From NCBI GenBank assembly GCA_963693365.1, contig CAVNZM010000008.1, positions 9,732,293 through 9,796,292 on the forward strand: a DNA stretch of 64,000 nt, given 5' to 3'. Under the pieces are notes generated by a model. It made no database searches and was not told where the DNA came from. It was given only the letters and a program-made list of their open reading frames with translations. Below are positions 1 to 10,319 of the stretch, piece by piece. Position 1 is the first letter of the stretch. Each line of letters starts with the position of its first letter. This DNA comes from Amoebidium appalachense. Taxonomy: Eukaryota; Protista; Ichthyosporea. The position numbers were made by a program, and so were the translations under genes.

Positions 1-401
1 AGCTGTGTGGTCACCTTGGAATCGGGTTCGGCCATCGAATTGCTCAGGAGCACATATTCATCCTCCACTCTACCGCCCGCATCTCGGCTGTATCCACCCA
101 TCCCCGCCTGCACGTTACCCCCGTCTGCCCCCATGCTCACGGCTGCCCGACGTGGAACCCTCCCTCACGGTAGTGGCCGCGTCTGCGCCTGCCGAACTGC
201 ACCCCCCACGCCCTGCTTGTTCTGCTGTCTCTGCGCATTTGCCTGCTCTCCCCCTTCCACAAAGGCCTTCATCTCGGCGTAGATCTTGGCCCGGGACCCG
301 GAGTACGGGGGCATGCGGGCGTGCCGGGCGTGCGCGACGCACGCCGCCCGTCGCTGTCTGAACCCCGCGTGGCCATTAGTGAGTCCCACCATTTTATTGG
401 A

Positions 402-1845
402 TCAACCAGCTCCCAGCAGCAGCAGCACGAGCGCCACCGCGATCACCAGGCCCCAGTACGCCGCGGCGTTCGCGTGCGCCCAGGCGCTTGCCGACCCCAG
501 TGGTGTTGGGGCAGGCTGTGTCGGCACAGGCGGCGCAGGCGGGTTCTGCGAGTCCTTTCCAGCCTCCCCAGGCACACCGGGTACGGCCGGAGCCCCGGGC
601 TCTGAGGGCTTGTTGTCGGGGTTGGTGTTGGTGGTGGTGGCACCCGACTCCTCCTTGCCGATCTGCATGAGGCACTGCTGTACCTGCGTGGCCTGGATCT
701 TGGCGTCAGTGTTCTCCGTGACCTCCATGGCCTGGTTGCAGATCTGCACGTTGAGCGCCGTGCACTCCTCGTTCTCCATGTCGCGCGTCTTGTAGCCCTG
801 CACCTTGCACACGGCGTGGTGGCACTGCACGCTCCAGCCGAACTTCTTCTTGAGTGTGGCGTGGTCCATTCCCGCCGGCAGCGGCGCAAAGCACCCGCAC
901 GTGGGATCATTGACCCCGGCCTCGGTCTTGCAAAAGAACTCGGCATATGCATTCACAGCGCTGTCCTGTGTTGCCGGGAAAAGGTAGTTCTTGTCCATGC
1001 GAGCCTGGTCGTGCAGCGGAACCACCGAATCGTCCCGCCCGCGCGAAAACTCGAGGAGGTCGCGCAGCCGCAGCGGCCTAGCGGTGTCCCAGTTCTGCTC
1101 TCGCTTGTAGTCAAACTTGTACAGCAGGTAGCGGTCGTGCATGCGCAGGAGGCTCACGGGCCGCATGGTGTGGTCGTTTCCCTTGGCCAGCTCGCCGCGG
1201 TACTGGACTCGCAGCTTGGACTGCTGCAGGGACACAAGGTGGCGGTGCGGGGCGCGCAGCCAGTAGTCCGGGTTCCAGTACTTCTGGTAGTCGTCCCACT
1301 TCCAGTCCTGGTTCTTCCTGGAGGCCGAAGGGGCGCACATCTTGTCGCCGGGGTTGTACGTGGGGAAGGCCGGTTGGTCGCTGAGCGCCACGTAGTCGGC
1401 CGGGCACGTGAGCACCTTGAGCCGGGTGGCGTTCTGGCGGGTGCTGGCCGGGCACCCAACGGCCTGTGCGTCCTCCTGGATGTCTGCCAGGCTGGGGGTG
1501 TAGCAGAATCGCGGGTCGTCGTAGATCAGACACACCAGGTCCGAGTCGACGGGGTTGTACTCGGGGTCGCCGTGGTTTCGCCTGCAGCCGGCGGGGTCCT
1601 CTGCGGTCGCACACGAGGCCCACGACACAAAAGAGACGGCCTTGTATTTCGGGAACGCAGGGTGTGGCAGGGGGGAACTGGAGCTTGAGCGAGGGCATGC
1701 GCCCACCGTGGTGCGCCCACTCGTTGCCGAACTGCCAGTCCCACAGTTGCTTTCGGTACTCGTCCCAGCGCACGAACTTCCACGGGTAGTCCGGGTTCTC
1801 CTTGAGACGCTCGATGTCGTCCTTTCCCCAGGTGATGTTGGCCAT
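402..1845 (-). CDS. Cys-rich membrane protein of the poxvirus G9/A16 entry-fusion family; one +1 frameshift in a homopolymer at ~1650-1655
   Basis: C-terminal motif FC..DPTCGC...CHHAVC..GYK......C......CNQ, then a Pro-rich linker and a terminal TM helix. ORF 1111..1845 (MANITWG...QFP) joins ORF 402..1706 (LPHPAFPKYK) on removing one C. Confidence 0.75.
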
Positions 1846-2599
1846 CAGTTACCATCCTCCCCATTAATTTGTGCACGCCGGGCCTGCAGCCAAAGCAGCG
1901 CGCGGGCGGCCAGGGCACCAGCCACGCCGCCCAGCAGGGGGCCCCAGGAAGAAGATCCACAGGTGCTTGAGGTCGTGGCTGTCGCCAAACGTGGCCGCCG
2001 CAAGGCTGCGTGCGGGGTTGATGGAGCAGCCGGTGACAGTGACCAACAGCATGTGCATGAGAAACACCACAGACCCGATGGCGAGAGGGGGAAATGACGG
2101 GCGCGACGTCCTCAAGCTTGGGATGCTTGCATGCCAGCGACACCGTAAACACCAAGAACGCCGTGGCGAGCAACTCCATGGCCAGGGCCTCGGCCTGGGT
2201 GGTCCCGCCGACAAGCCCGTTTGTTCCGAACGAGCCGTGGAGGGCGGGAGGCATGCCGGCCCGCAGCAACGCCGTGCCCACGATACCTCCGGTAAACTGG
2301 GCGGTGAAGTAGAGCGGGAGAAGCACGGGGTCCAGCCAACCGGCGGCAACCATGCCCAGAGTCACCGCCGGGTTGACGTGGGCACCCGACACGGGGCCCA
2401 GCACGGCCACCAGCCCCCCAACAACACCCCCGAACCCGGCGGCCACAGCAAGGACGTCAGCGGCCGATGATGCACCGTGTGAGGTTTCACCCGTGGCCAT
2501 GGCGATGCCGATGGCGGTGAAGGTGAGCAGGGCGGTGCCGCAGAACTCGGCGATGAAGGTGGGTGCGTTGTGCAGGAGGAAGGACTTCACGCTCTGCAT
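1845..2599 (-). CDS. Aquaporin (MIP family), two homopolymer frameshifts (~2090, ~1938)
   Basis: AEFCGTALL, SGAHVNPAVTLG, YFTAQFTGG and TGCSINPARSLA: both NPA motifs present across ORFs 1526..2614 and 1864..2349. Corrected C-terminus LGPLLGGVAGALA...EDGN*, with TGA overlapping the next ATG. Confidence 0.9.
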
Positions 2600-2634
2600 G
2601 GTTGAGTGTGGCACACATTTTGTGGGGTGGTGGT

Positions 2635-3465
2635 TTATTTGGACTTTTTGAGGATCTCGCGGGGGCGCTCTACCAGCATGCCAAGGGAAGTGTGTGGGGG
2701 GACCAGGTGGATGATCTCGGTGGCGCTCTCCGTGGTGTTGTACGGCTCGCTTAGGAGCACCACGGAGTCGTACCCACGGGCCCGGGCCTCATTGATGAGG
2801 TCGAAGTCGTAGAAGTCAAAGTAGCCCGTTCCAACAATGGAGCTGTAGTGCGCGCCGCTGCGCATGAGCTCGACGAGTCTGTCCACCTCGGCCACGTAGT
2901 GCTTCTTGTTCTGCGTTTTGGAGAGCACCTGAGACACGAAGTACTGGTCGCCCGGATGGAAGGACTCTTTGGTCAGTCGGTTGTGGAAGTTCCAGTTTAG
3001 CTGCACCAGCGCGTCCAGCTTGGTTTTGGCCACCAGGGGGTTGGCCAGGTTCAGGTACAGGGCGGTGGTGTCTGGGGCGGCATAGTAAAAGGTATAGGTG
3101 GGGCCATTTGGTGCCTTGCGTACGTCACTGGCCCGTCCGAACCGCATGACCTCCACGTACCCCCTGCTAAACGACTCCAGTTTGGGAAACGGCCGCGTGG
3201 TGCACGTCGTCGAGGGCTCACGGTACAGCTTGTCCCGCCTACAGAATTTTGGCGGGTTTTTAAGAAGGAAGTAAGCGTTGCGCCTGCGCAGGTCGAATGG
3301 GCAGCTGTCGGTCTTGTGCACGGCCTTCATGTAGTGTGGGTTGCAGCGGCTGGCCTTGAGCTTGTCGTAGCTGAAGACGCGCTTGCGGGCGCTGCTGTTG
3401 AACAGGTGCTTGTACTCGGTGATGGGCCGTAGCGGCCTGCGCTCACGCGTGCTGGGTGCGTCCAT
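2635..3465 (-). CDS. Hypothetical viral protein
   Basis: Long ORF from ATG at 3465 with GC3-rich codons; stop codon sits within AATAAA. Confidence 0.65.
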   Translation of the reverse strand: MDAPSTRERRPLRPITEYKHLFNSSARKRVFSYDKLKASRCNPHYMKAVHKTDSCPFDLRRRNAYFLLKNPPKFCRRDKLYREPSTTCTTRPFPKLESFSRGYVEVMRFGRASDVRKAPNGPTYTFYYAAPDTTALYLNLANPLVAKTKLDALVQLNWNFHNRLTKESFHPGDQYFVSQVLSKTQNKKHYVAEVDRLVELMRSGAHYSSIVGTGYFDFYDFDLINEARARGYDSVVLLSEPYNTTESATEIIHLVPPHTSLGMLVERPREILKKSK

Positions 3466-3472
3466 CGTGTTG

Positions 3473-3682
3473 TCAGTTGGCCTTCTTTTTTTGCTCGGGG
3501 GCCACCGCAGCCGCCTTGGCACTGCGCGACCGGAAAATCTCCTCGTACATCTTCTCCATGGACGGCCGCGGGGTCTGCTCGGTCACCTCCCTGCCGTTGA
3601 GCTGCAGGTACGTGATCAGTTGGGCAGTGGAAAGGTGGTCGGCCAGACCCACGTGTGGGGACGTGCGGGCGTGCTTGCGCAT
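3473..3682 (-). CDS. Small basic hypothetical protein
   Basis: 69-aa ORF tiling exactly between co-oriented neighbours. Confidence 0.5.
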   Translation of the reverse strand: MRKHARTSPHVGLADHLSTAQLITYLQLNGREVTEQTPRPSMEKMYEEIFRSRSAKAAAVAPEQKKKAN

Positions 3683-3712
3683 GTTCTACAGGAGGGGGAA
3701 CAATTTACAACT

Positions 3713-4096
3713 TTACTCAAGCACCCGCCCGGGGTTCAGCAGCACCAGGGCCTCCTTGGGCCCGCCCTGGGCCTTGCTGCCCCGCACGTACCAGCCGTCC
3801 ACGCCGAACGCCTGGCACAGCGTGCGTGCGCGGCGCTGCTGCACGGCCGTCAGCTTCGTGCGCTGCGAGAGCGCCAGCAGGAGCTGCTTCTCGGGGCTGG
3901 GCTGCCCGAGGTCGGGGAGGAGCAGCGTGATGTCGGTCTTGACGGTGTACTGGACGGCATGGACGCCCCTCTTCGCGAGGTGCGTGCCGTTGCTGAGGAT
4001 GCGGGCGCCCTTACGGATAGCGAGGGTGACGTTGCCGTTGAAGTGGCGGGAGTTGCACATCTTGCGGTCGAGACACAACCCGTTCGGTGCGGGCAT
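3713..4096 (-). CDS. Hypothetical protein
   Basis: 127-aa ATG ORF with GC3-rich codons. Confidence 0.55.
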   Translation of the reverse strand: MPAPNGLCLDRKMCNSRHFNGNVTLAIRKGARILSNGTHLAKRGVHAVQYTVKTDITLLLPDLGQPSPEKQLLLALSQRTKLTAVQQRRARTLCQAFGVDGWYVRGSKAQGGPKEALVLLNPGRVLE

Positions 4097-4226
4097 TTAC
4101 GAGGGGCTTGCATTATGTGAGGTGCTTTCGGCTTGGCACGCTGCGGCTGTTGGTTTTTGCACTTCAAGGGCTTCCTGGCGAAGGTATAAAAGGCCAACAC
4201 ACTCCCACAGGAGCTCAGTCTGCAAC

Positions 4227-5447
4227 ATGGCACTCCCTCCACCTTCATCTACTCTGACCTCTACCCTGGGGCCCAAGGCTGCACTGCTCGGCGAGTTCGC
4301 CAAGTTCTGGGACCTGGACGGCGACATCGACGAGCTGGCCATCAACGAGGAGCTGAGCGGGGCCCGTGTGGGTGCGCTTATTTATGACTTCAAAGAAGAG
4401 AGAGATACCAGGAAAAGGATCATCCGTTCTCTTCGAAGCATGCCCTGTCTTGTCTATGACATCGACTACAAGACCACGGAGGTCACGAGGTATGAAATCT
4501 TGCATAGGGAGGAAATTTTATCAAATGGGAATTCGCGACCCGTTGGTCGCAAACTAACAATCGATAACAAACATGCATGACATTCTTGTTTATTTGATTT
4601 AAACAGGTTTAATCCAACAACCAAGTACCGGGACCCGAAAGTCCCGGTTTTTGATTAGTCGACGAATGTATTAAAATTTAACTTCAATTAACCAGTTTAC
4701 CACATTCACAGGTCCTCAAACCGCGGCCCTACCCCCTTGGAGGTTTTCATGAACGTGAGGTCCTTCAAGCTGTTGGTTATGATGGTGGAGACATCAGTTG
4801 GTCAGGCTGTGCGTAACTACTACTTGACTGTGGAGCAAGCCTTCAAGGTACTGCACCGCCAGAACCGTGCGCAGGTCGAGGCCGCTCTGGCCGAGGCAAC
4901 CGCGCGTGCCCTTGAGCACGAGACCCGCACCATGCAGCTGTCCAACAACCTGGAGAAGATGGAGCAGTGGTACACGCAGACGGCAGAGCTTCTGGACTCC
5001 GCCAACGAGCGCCTGGCAATGCACGAGTGCGACGATGACCACCCCCAGCGCATCGTGTCCCTTCCCCCTGGAACAATCCCTGCGGCTCGCTGCATGGAGA
5101 CCGACTACGGGAGAGAGCTGGCCCGCAAGGTGTTCCATGACGCAGCCATAGTGCTGTGGCGCAACCACGAGGAGTTCGAGCACCGGTTTGACCCCAGCTA
5201 CTGGAACACGTTCATCAAGTGGCACATGAATGTGGACGTCGATCAGGGCATGTACCGCTCGCACATCAACGTGTACACCGCCATGTGTAAGGCCGCAAAC
5301 GTCCTGCACGGGGTGCCCAAGATTACCCACCTGACCTACACCCAGCTCTATGATGTGCTGCGCCGCCTGGTGCAGATGGACTGCGGCCTGGTGCAGAAGA
5401 CCGAACTCGAGTTGGTGTTCGGTGACCAGATCTACATCCCTCTTTAG
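4227..5447 (+). CDS. MSV199/antirepressor-like DNA-binding protein with coiled coil; 2 exons (4227-4489, 4712-5447)
   Basis: Removing the AT-rich GTATGA...CACAG segment 4490-4711 gives in-frame DIDYKTTEVTR-SSNRGPTPLEVFMNVRSFKLLVMMVETSVGQAVRNYYLTVE, with the FK..M..T..G..VR.YY..E motif. TATA motif at 4182-4191. Confidence 0.7.
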
Positions 5448-5555
5448 AGGGTTCGGGGGGGGTCGTGTTAATTTTTAGCCATTGGCTTGAACCATTTTTG
5501 ACACCCGTGGGTGTAGAAATTCTGATGATTTGATTGGTCCGTATTGTCTCACTTC

Positions 5556-5684
5556 TCAAATAAAGTACCCGTTCAGTTCGTTCAGCAGGTTCAGCAGCAT
5601 GGCCGCAAACAGCACGAACGTGGCAATCAGTCGCGCGTACTTGAGCTTGTAGTCAAACGTCCATTGGTCGGGCAGGAGCTTCAT
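5556..5684 (-). CDS. 42-aa single-TM microprotein (not in ORF track)
   Basis: MKLLPDQWTFDYKLKYARLIATFVLFAAMLLNLLNELNGYFI*, with viral-type codon usage. Confidence 0.5.
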   Translation of the reverse strand: MKLLPDQWTFDYKLKYARLIATFVLFAAMLLNLLNELNGYFI

Positions 5685-5733
5685 GTTGCTTCAGCCCCAT
5701 ATTTTATTGCCTGGTTGCCCCGTCCCCACCCCC

Positions 5734-6840
5734 TTACCCCTCCTTCGTCTCCTTGCCCTGGTTCAACATCTCCGCCAGCCTTCGCTTGCGCGCCTGCATG
5801 CGCGTGCGCGTCTCCTGGTCCACGTAGTCGTCGTCGTCCGAGGTCTCGACGTCCTCGCCGGCCGCCCGGCGTGACTCGCGGTCGGTGACGTAGGCGCCGT
5901 AGAGGTCCGTGATGACCCGTGCGTCCTTGTTGATGGGATGCGGGAACCCGGCCACCAGCTCCGGCAGCCGCGGCGTGCACTTCTGCACGCGCACGCGCAC
6001 GTACTGCACGCGGAGCATCTCGTAGCGCGCGAGCAGCGTCTCGTGGTCGTCCTTGAGCTTGTTGAACTGGATCTCCTTCTGCTGCAGCGCGGCCACGCGG
6101 GCGTTGAGGTGGCGGATGTGCTCGACGTAGCGCTCGCACTCGGGGTTGCTGCGCTTCATCTTCTCCAGTTGGTCCTTGAGCAGCTCGTTCTCGCGCTTGG
6201 CCGCGTGCAGCTGGCCCTTGTCCTCCACCGTCTCCTTGAGCGACTTGTAGTTGGCCCGCAGCTCCACCAGCTCGCGGTTGTTGGTCTCGGCGTTCTGGAT
6301 GGACTCGCGTGCCTCGCGCAGGTCCAGCATGATCGCACGGGCGGTGGACTCGTCCACGCCCTTGCGCTGCAGCGTGCTCTGGTCGCCGATGCCCTGCAGG
6401 ATGTGCACCAACACGTTGGCAATCTTGCGTGTGAGCGCGCCGTTGCTGCGGTTGGTCCCGTTCAGCTGCTCGCGGAACCGGGACATGTCAATGGGCAACT
6501 TCCACACGACCTCCTTCGAGTCCTTGTTTATATTCCCGTCCTTGTCCAAAGTGGGCATGTCCGAAAACGCCAGCTCCACAGCCATTGTAGCAGTGGAGTT
6601 GTCACTGGCAAATGATTGCAGGGCAGTTTCGATGGCCGGCGGGAGTTTGTTGTAGATGTCGCCGATCACTTTCTGGTGGCTCGAGATGACGGCGTTGTTT
6701 TGGTTCAACAGCTTGGCGATCATATCGGTTACACTCTTGATGTCCTGTGTTTGCACGATGCCACTCGGCCCTCCACCCCCAAACTTCAATTTCGTGAGGA
6801 TCTCTATAGCCCTGTTAAGATCATCCTGGCTCATGCTCAT
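5734..6840 (-). CDS. Coiled-coil hypothetical protein
   Basis: Long ORF with a heptad-rich C-terminal half; AATAAA downstream at ~5703. Confidence 0.75.
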   Translation of the reverse strand: MSMSQDDLNRAIEILTKLKFGGGGPSGIVQTQDIKSVTDMIAKLLNQNNAVISSHQKVIGDIYNKLPPAIETALQSFASDNSTATMAVELAFSDMPTLDKDGNINKDSKEVVWKLPIDMSRFREQLNGTNRSNGALTRKIANVLVHILQGIGDQSTLQRKGVDESTARAIMLDLREARESIQNAETNNRELVELRANYKSLKETVEDKGQLHAAKRENELLKDQLEKMKRSNPECERYVEHIRHLNARVAALQQKEIQFNKLKDDHETLLARYEMLRVQYVRVRVQKCTPRLPELVAGFPHPINKDARVITDLYGAYVTDRESRRAAGEDVETSDDDDYVDQETRTRMQARKRRLAEMLNQGKETKEG

Positions 6841-6903
6841 TTGCTCTTGCCCCACATAATGCAGCTTTGGCCACACCCCACCGCATTATTCCCTTGGTCA
6901 ACA

Positions 6904-7134
6904 ATGTCCGTGCTCGCCAACGTGATGATGTTTGTCTTCTGGGCGCTCGCCGTCGGCTCCATGGCCGGGTTCATGAGCCTGTACAGCGCCATGACGAAGG
7001 AGAAGTGCGTCGAGGCCGCCGTGAAGAACAGGTACGAGGCCTCGAACACTGCCGTGATGGTGGCCCTGGTGGTCACCGTGTTTGCGTACCTCATCTACGG
7101 CGTGTACGCGTCGGCCTCCTCCGCGCAGGTATAA
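6904..7134 (+). CDS. Small two-TM membrane protein
   Basis: MSVLANVMMFVFWALAVG...VMVALVVTVFAYLIYGVY: two hydrophobic helices. Confidence 0.6.
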   Translation: MSVLANVMMFVFWALAVGSMAGFMSLYSAMTKEKCVEAAVKNRYEASNTAVMVALVVTVFAYLIYGVYASASSAQV

Positions 7135-7171
7135 AGGGAGCTCGTCCGCAATTGTTGCGCCCAGTCTCAGT

Positions 7172-7564
7172 ATGGGTGCCGTCGCCTCGCAGCCCATCGT
7201 GTGCGCGCCGGTGCAGACCTTCTTCGTCACCACGGACGCCGACTGCTCGCCCGTCCTGGTCACCAACCGTCTCATGGGCACGCTGACCGTGGACTCGACC
7301 CGCGTGACCGTGTGGGCGTCCACGCGCCCGCTCTACTTTCTGCCCACCACGGGCCTCAAGGCCATGCCCCCGGACCAGTACCTGCCGGCGGCCGTGCAGC
7401 ACGGCTGCGACGCACTGCTGGCGAACCGGCTGGTGCTGGGGGGCGACCCCGAGTCGCTGGGGCTCGTGCGCCTGGCCGACATGACGCCGCGCGAGTTCAA
7501 GCAGTACCGGCCGATCTTCGTGTCCGGCACCGTCACCACGTCCATCACCGTGCCGCAGCTCTAG
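7172..7564 (+). CDS. Hypothetical protein (MGAVAS start, possible myristoylation)
   Basis: ATG 36 nt after AGGTATAAAG (7127-7136); GC3-rich codons. Confidence 0.6.
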   Translation: MGAVASQPIVCAPVQTFFVTTDADCSPVLVTNRLMGTLTVDSTRVTVWASTRPLYFLPTTGLKAMPPDQYLPAAVQHGCDALLANRLVLGGDPESLGLVRLADMTPREFKQYRPIFVSGTVTTSITVPQL

Positions 7565-8219
7565 GCGTCATAGTCTCGCACCACGCCAGGTCCTTGAGGA
7601 ACAGCCCCATGTTGAAGTACTGCACCAGGCTGTTGAGTCCCGCCAGGAACGGCCGCCGAAACATCGGGTTGCCGGCCATCCCCGGCACCGGGTGGTTCCA
7701 GCGCGACTTGAGCGCCACCTCGAACACCTCGTCCGCGAGGAACCACTGCATGTTGCGCTTCTCCAGGAAGTCGTACTTGACGCGCAGCGTGCCGTCGCGC
7801 ACCTCTGTCGACCCCGGCAGAGCCAGCTGGCCTGCCGACAGCGCCTGGCGCGCAGCCCGGAACCGGTGCGGCAGGTGCGGGTCAAATGGGATCTGCACCA
7901 TATACGTAATAAAGTAGCGGTTCTGACCGGCCGCTCCCGCAAACCTGAGCACGTACGCCCGGTCCCGCAGGATGCCCTCGAGCATCGGGCGGGGGATCAC
8001 AGTGTCCAGTGTCTCCTCGTAGAACTCCATGACCGTGGTCTCCTCCACGGTCAGGCCCGCCTTGAGCCTCCCGCCAAACACCCCGTACCTCCCGTCACTG
8101 TCCTCCTGTCCGAGGAGGAACAGCACGCGACGGTCGTGCACGGCGTAGGGTAGTACGCCGGCGCCGATGATGCGACAGTCATCGTCGTGGTAGGGGATGC
8201 ACATGTCCAGGACCTTCAT
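7545..8219 (-). CDS. Nudix hydrolase (NCLDV type)
   Basis: GAGVLPYA...FLLGQE...FGGR.....VEETTVMEFYEET: variant Nudix box. Confidence 0.8.
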   Translation of the reverse strand: MKVLDMCIPYHDDDCRIIGAGVLPYAVHDRRVLFLLGQEDSDGRYGVFGGRLKAGLTVEETTVMEFYEETLDTVIPRPMLEGILRDRAYVLRFAGAAGQNRYFITYMVQIPFDPHLPHRFRAARQALSAGQLALPGSTEVRDGTLRVKYDFLEKRNMQWFLADEVFEVALKSRWNHPVPGMAGNPMFRRPFLAGLNSLVQYFNMGLFLKDLAWCETMTPRAAAR

Positions 8220-8299
8220 CAAGTGGAGGGGAGATAATCTGGGGTGGGGTCGGTGCCAAACTCACCAGAAACTTGGGGGCGAGCGCGCCCGGCCGGTCT

Positions 8300-8790
8300 G
8301 GGTGAATATCGGGTGAACCAGGGTGGCTTCAGCGCGAAGGGGTCAAAAAACGGTCAAAGCAGCGCAGGTTTGGCCAATATCAGGTGAAGCTAGCGCGAAG
8401 TTGGTGAATATTCAATGAAGAGGCAGGTGCACGGTTCTCCAATAAACGGTCAAAGCAGCGCAGGGTTTGCCAATATCCGATCGACCAAAAACAAATCCTC
8501 GGTCAATATCCGGTGAACCCCAATTCGTGTACGACGAAAATCCTAGTAAACACAAAACTAAATTGGCGCCATCCCCGGCCAATATCCAGCGAACCCAAAA
8601 ACGAAGTCGCGCGACCCCCAGCCAATATCCAGTGAACCCCAAAATGATGTCGCGCGATCCCCAGCCAAAATCCGGTGAACCCCAAAACGATGTCGCGCGA
8701 TCCCCAGCCAAAATCCGGTGAACCCCAAAATGATGTCGCGCGACCCCCAGCCAATATCCAGTGAACCAAAACAGAACCTCAGTCAATATC
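8300..8790. repeat. Tandem ~43-bp repeat array plus a block shared with 31788-31870
   Basis: Unit like CCCAGCCAATATCCAGTGAACCCCAAAATGATGTCGCGCGATC, about 5 good copies plus degenerate ones. Confidence 0.85.
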
Positions 8791-9194
8791 GATCGATCCA
8801 CGGAGCATCCCTTTCAATAATGCTTGAATCAGATTCACCCGCTATTCGATCTGATTGGTCGAAAACGGCCAAGATCAATCGAGCCCGGGATTCACACTCT
8901 GACCAATCAGAACGCGCAGAAATTCAAAGCCAGTGCTCCGATGTTTCAGCCAATCAGAGCGCCCCACATTAGATCACGAGACCCAGCCAGTCTGTTTCAA
9001 CTCATTCGCAAATATCTTTATTTATTTTGAGAGTGGCTAGGTGCGCTCCAAATAAAAAAAATGCAATGCAATCCCGTTGGACCAAACTTGCATCCCGGGC
9101 CCCGAATTTTACACACCTGGCCAGCCAGATGATACAAAACACACCCGAACCCGCCATCCCCACAGCAGCCCTGCCAATTGTTGGGGATGACAGG

Positions 9195-10127
9195 CTAACC
9201 CAGCACGTGCTTCTCCAGGAAGCGCACGGGGTACACCTTGACCGGGCGCAGGTCCCCCTGCACCATCTTCAAAGTCTCCTCGGGCTCGCAGCCCTCCTGC
9301 TCGCGCCACGTGCGTGCGAGCATCCGGCCGACCGTGCTGCTGGACCTGTCGGTGATGCCTCGGTCGACGAGGAACTTCCCGACGGTCACGTACCCGCCGA
9401 TCGCAGACTCCTCGATGGCCGCACGCTCGCCGGCGGGCACGAGCACGTTGGCCACGGCGTCGTTGAGCAGCATGCGCATGCGCGGGTCCCTGTCGAGGCC
9501 GAACTCCTCGAGGAGGCTGCGGTAGCTCTTGATGTTCTCCACACGCATGCGCCCGTTCTCCTCCTTCATGCGCTCGTTCTCAATGTGCATGCGCTCGACC
9601 TCGGCCTCCTCCCGCTTCACGCGCAGCCGACGCTCCTCCTCCAGCTCCTCGCGGCGCCGCTTGCGGTCGGGGGTCTCGTCGGTGCCGTTGCGGAAGAACT
9701 CACGCTCCTCGGGGGTGCTGGCGTCGTAGCGCGCCTCAATCTCGGGGATGAGGGAGACGTCGCCGGAAAGCAGCCGGGCTATGTAGGTGGCACACGTCCT
9801 GCGGAACTCGTGGGCGCGCTTGCCGGGAAGCAGGAAGATGATCTCGAGGAGGACACGGAAGGGGGCCACATCAGTCTCGTTGCCCTTCCCGTTGATTTTC
9901 AACCCGTGAGTCTGCCTCACGAGTTCACTCACGGGTGGATCCTTGGTATCCCTCAGGGCCTTCCAGGCTTGGCGAGCAGCATCACGGTTTCCCAGAACAA
10001 TTGTTGCTGTATCCAACACACTTGCCATCTTGGTACCTTCGTCAACACGTAGGACACTGCCCTTGAACTGGGGGAACTCCTTCCAGAGCATCGACATGTC
10101 GCCTTTTTTGTTCTGCTCGCCAGCCAT
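9195..10127 (-). CDS. BRO-N/KilA-like viral DNA-binding protein
   Basis: SVLD...INGKG.ET.VAP....EIIFLLPGKRAHEFRR..A..I.R.L.GD.SLI.EIE; N-terminus nearly identical to that of 23081..24691. Confidence 0.75.
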   Translation of the reverse strand: MAGEQNKKGDMSMLWKEFPQFKGSVLRVDEGTKMASVLDTATIVLGNRDAARQAWKALRDTKDPPVSELVRQTHGLKINGKGNETDVAPFRVLLEIIFLLPGKRAHEFRRTCATYIARLLSGDVSLIPEIEARYDASTPEEREFFRNGTDETPDRKRRREELEEERRLRVKREEAEVERMHIENERMKEENGRMRVENIKSYRSLLEEFGLDRDPRMRMLLNDAVANVLVPAGERAAIEESAIGGYVTVGKFLVDRGITDRSSSTVGRMLARTWREQEGCEPEETLKMVQGDLRPVKVYPVRFLEKHVLG

Positions 10128-10319
10128 GCTGTGTCCGACTGGCCTCCTCTGCCGGGCGCTGCTCTTTTATACCTTCAGACCAGGAGAACGGGAGCCCCGA
10201 CGCTCGGCACGGTTGGTGTCGGCCTCCCAGGCTGCCAGCCGCTTGTCGTAGAGTAAACTGCATCAACACGGAAAGTGCGCCGGACGTGCACATGTAGCAA
10301 TCTTTTTGGGGTCCCGGGT

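Noticed and set aside
1-376. Partial minus-strand CDS at the window edge
   Set aside because: Coding-like, but no consistent frame can be established without the flanking sequence.
816-1688. Long antisense ORFs (also 9027..10052, 16227..17291, 22991..23803)
   Set aside because: Shadow frames opposite GC3-rich genes that carry recognisable motifs.
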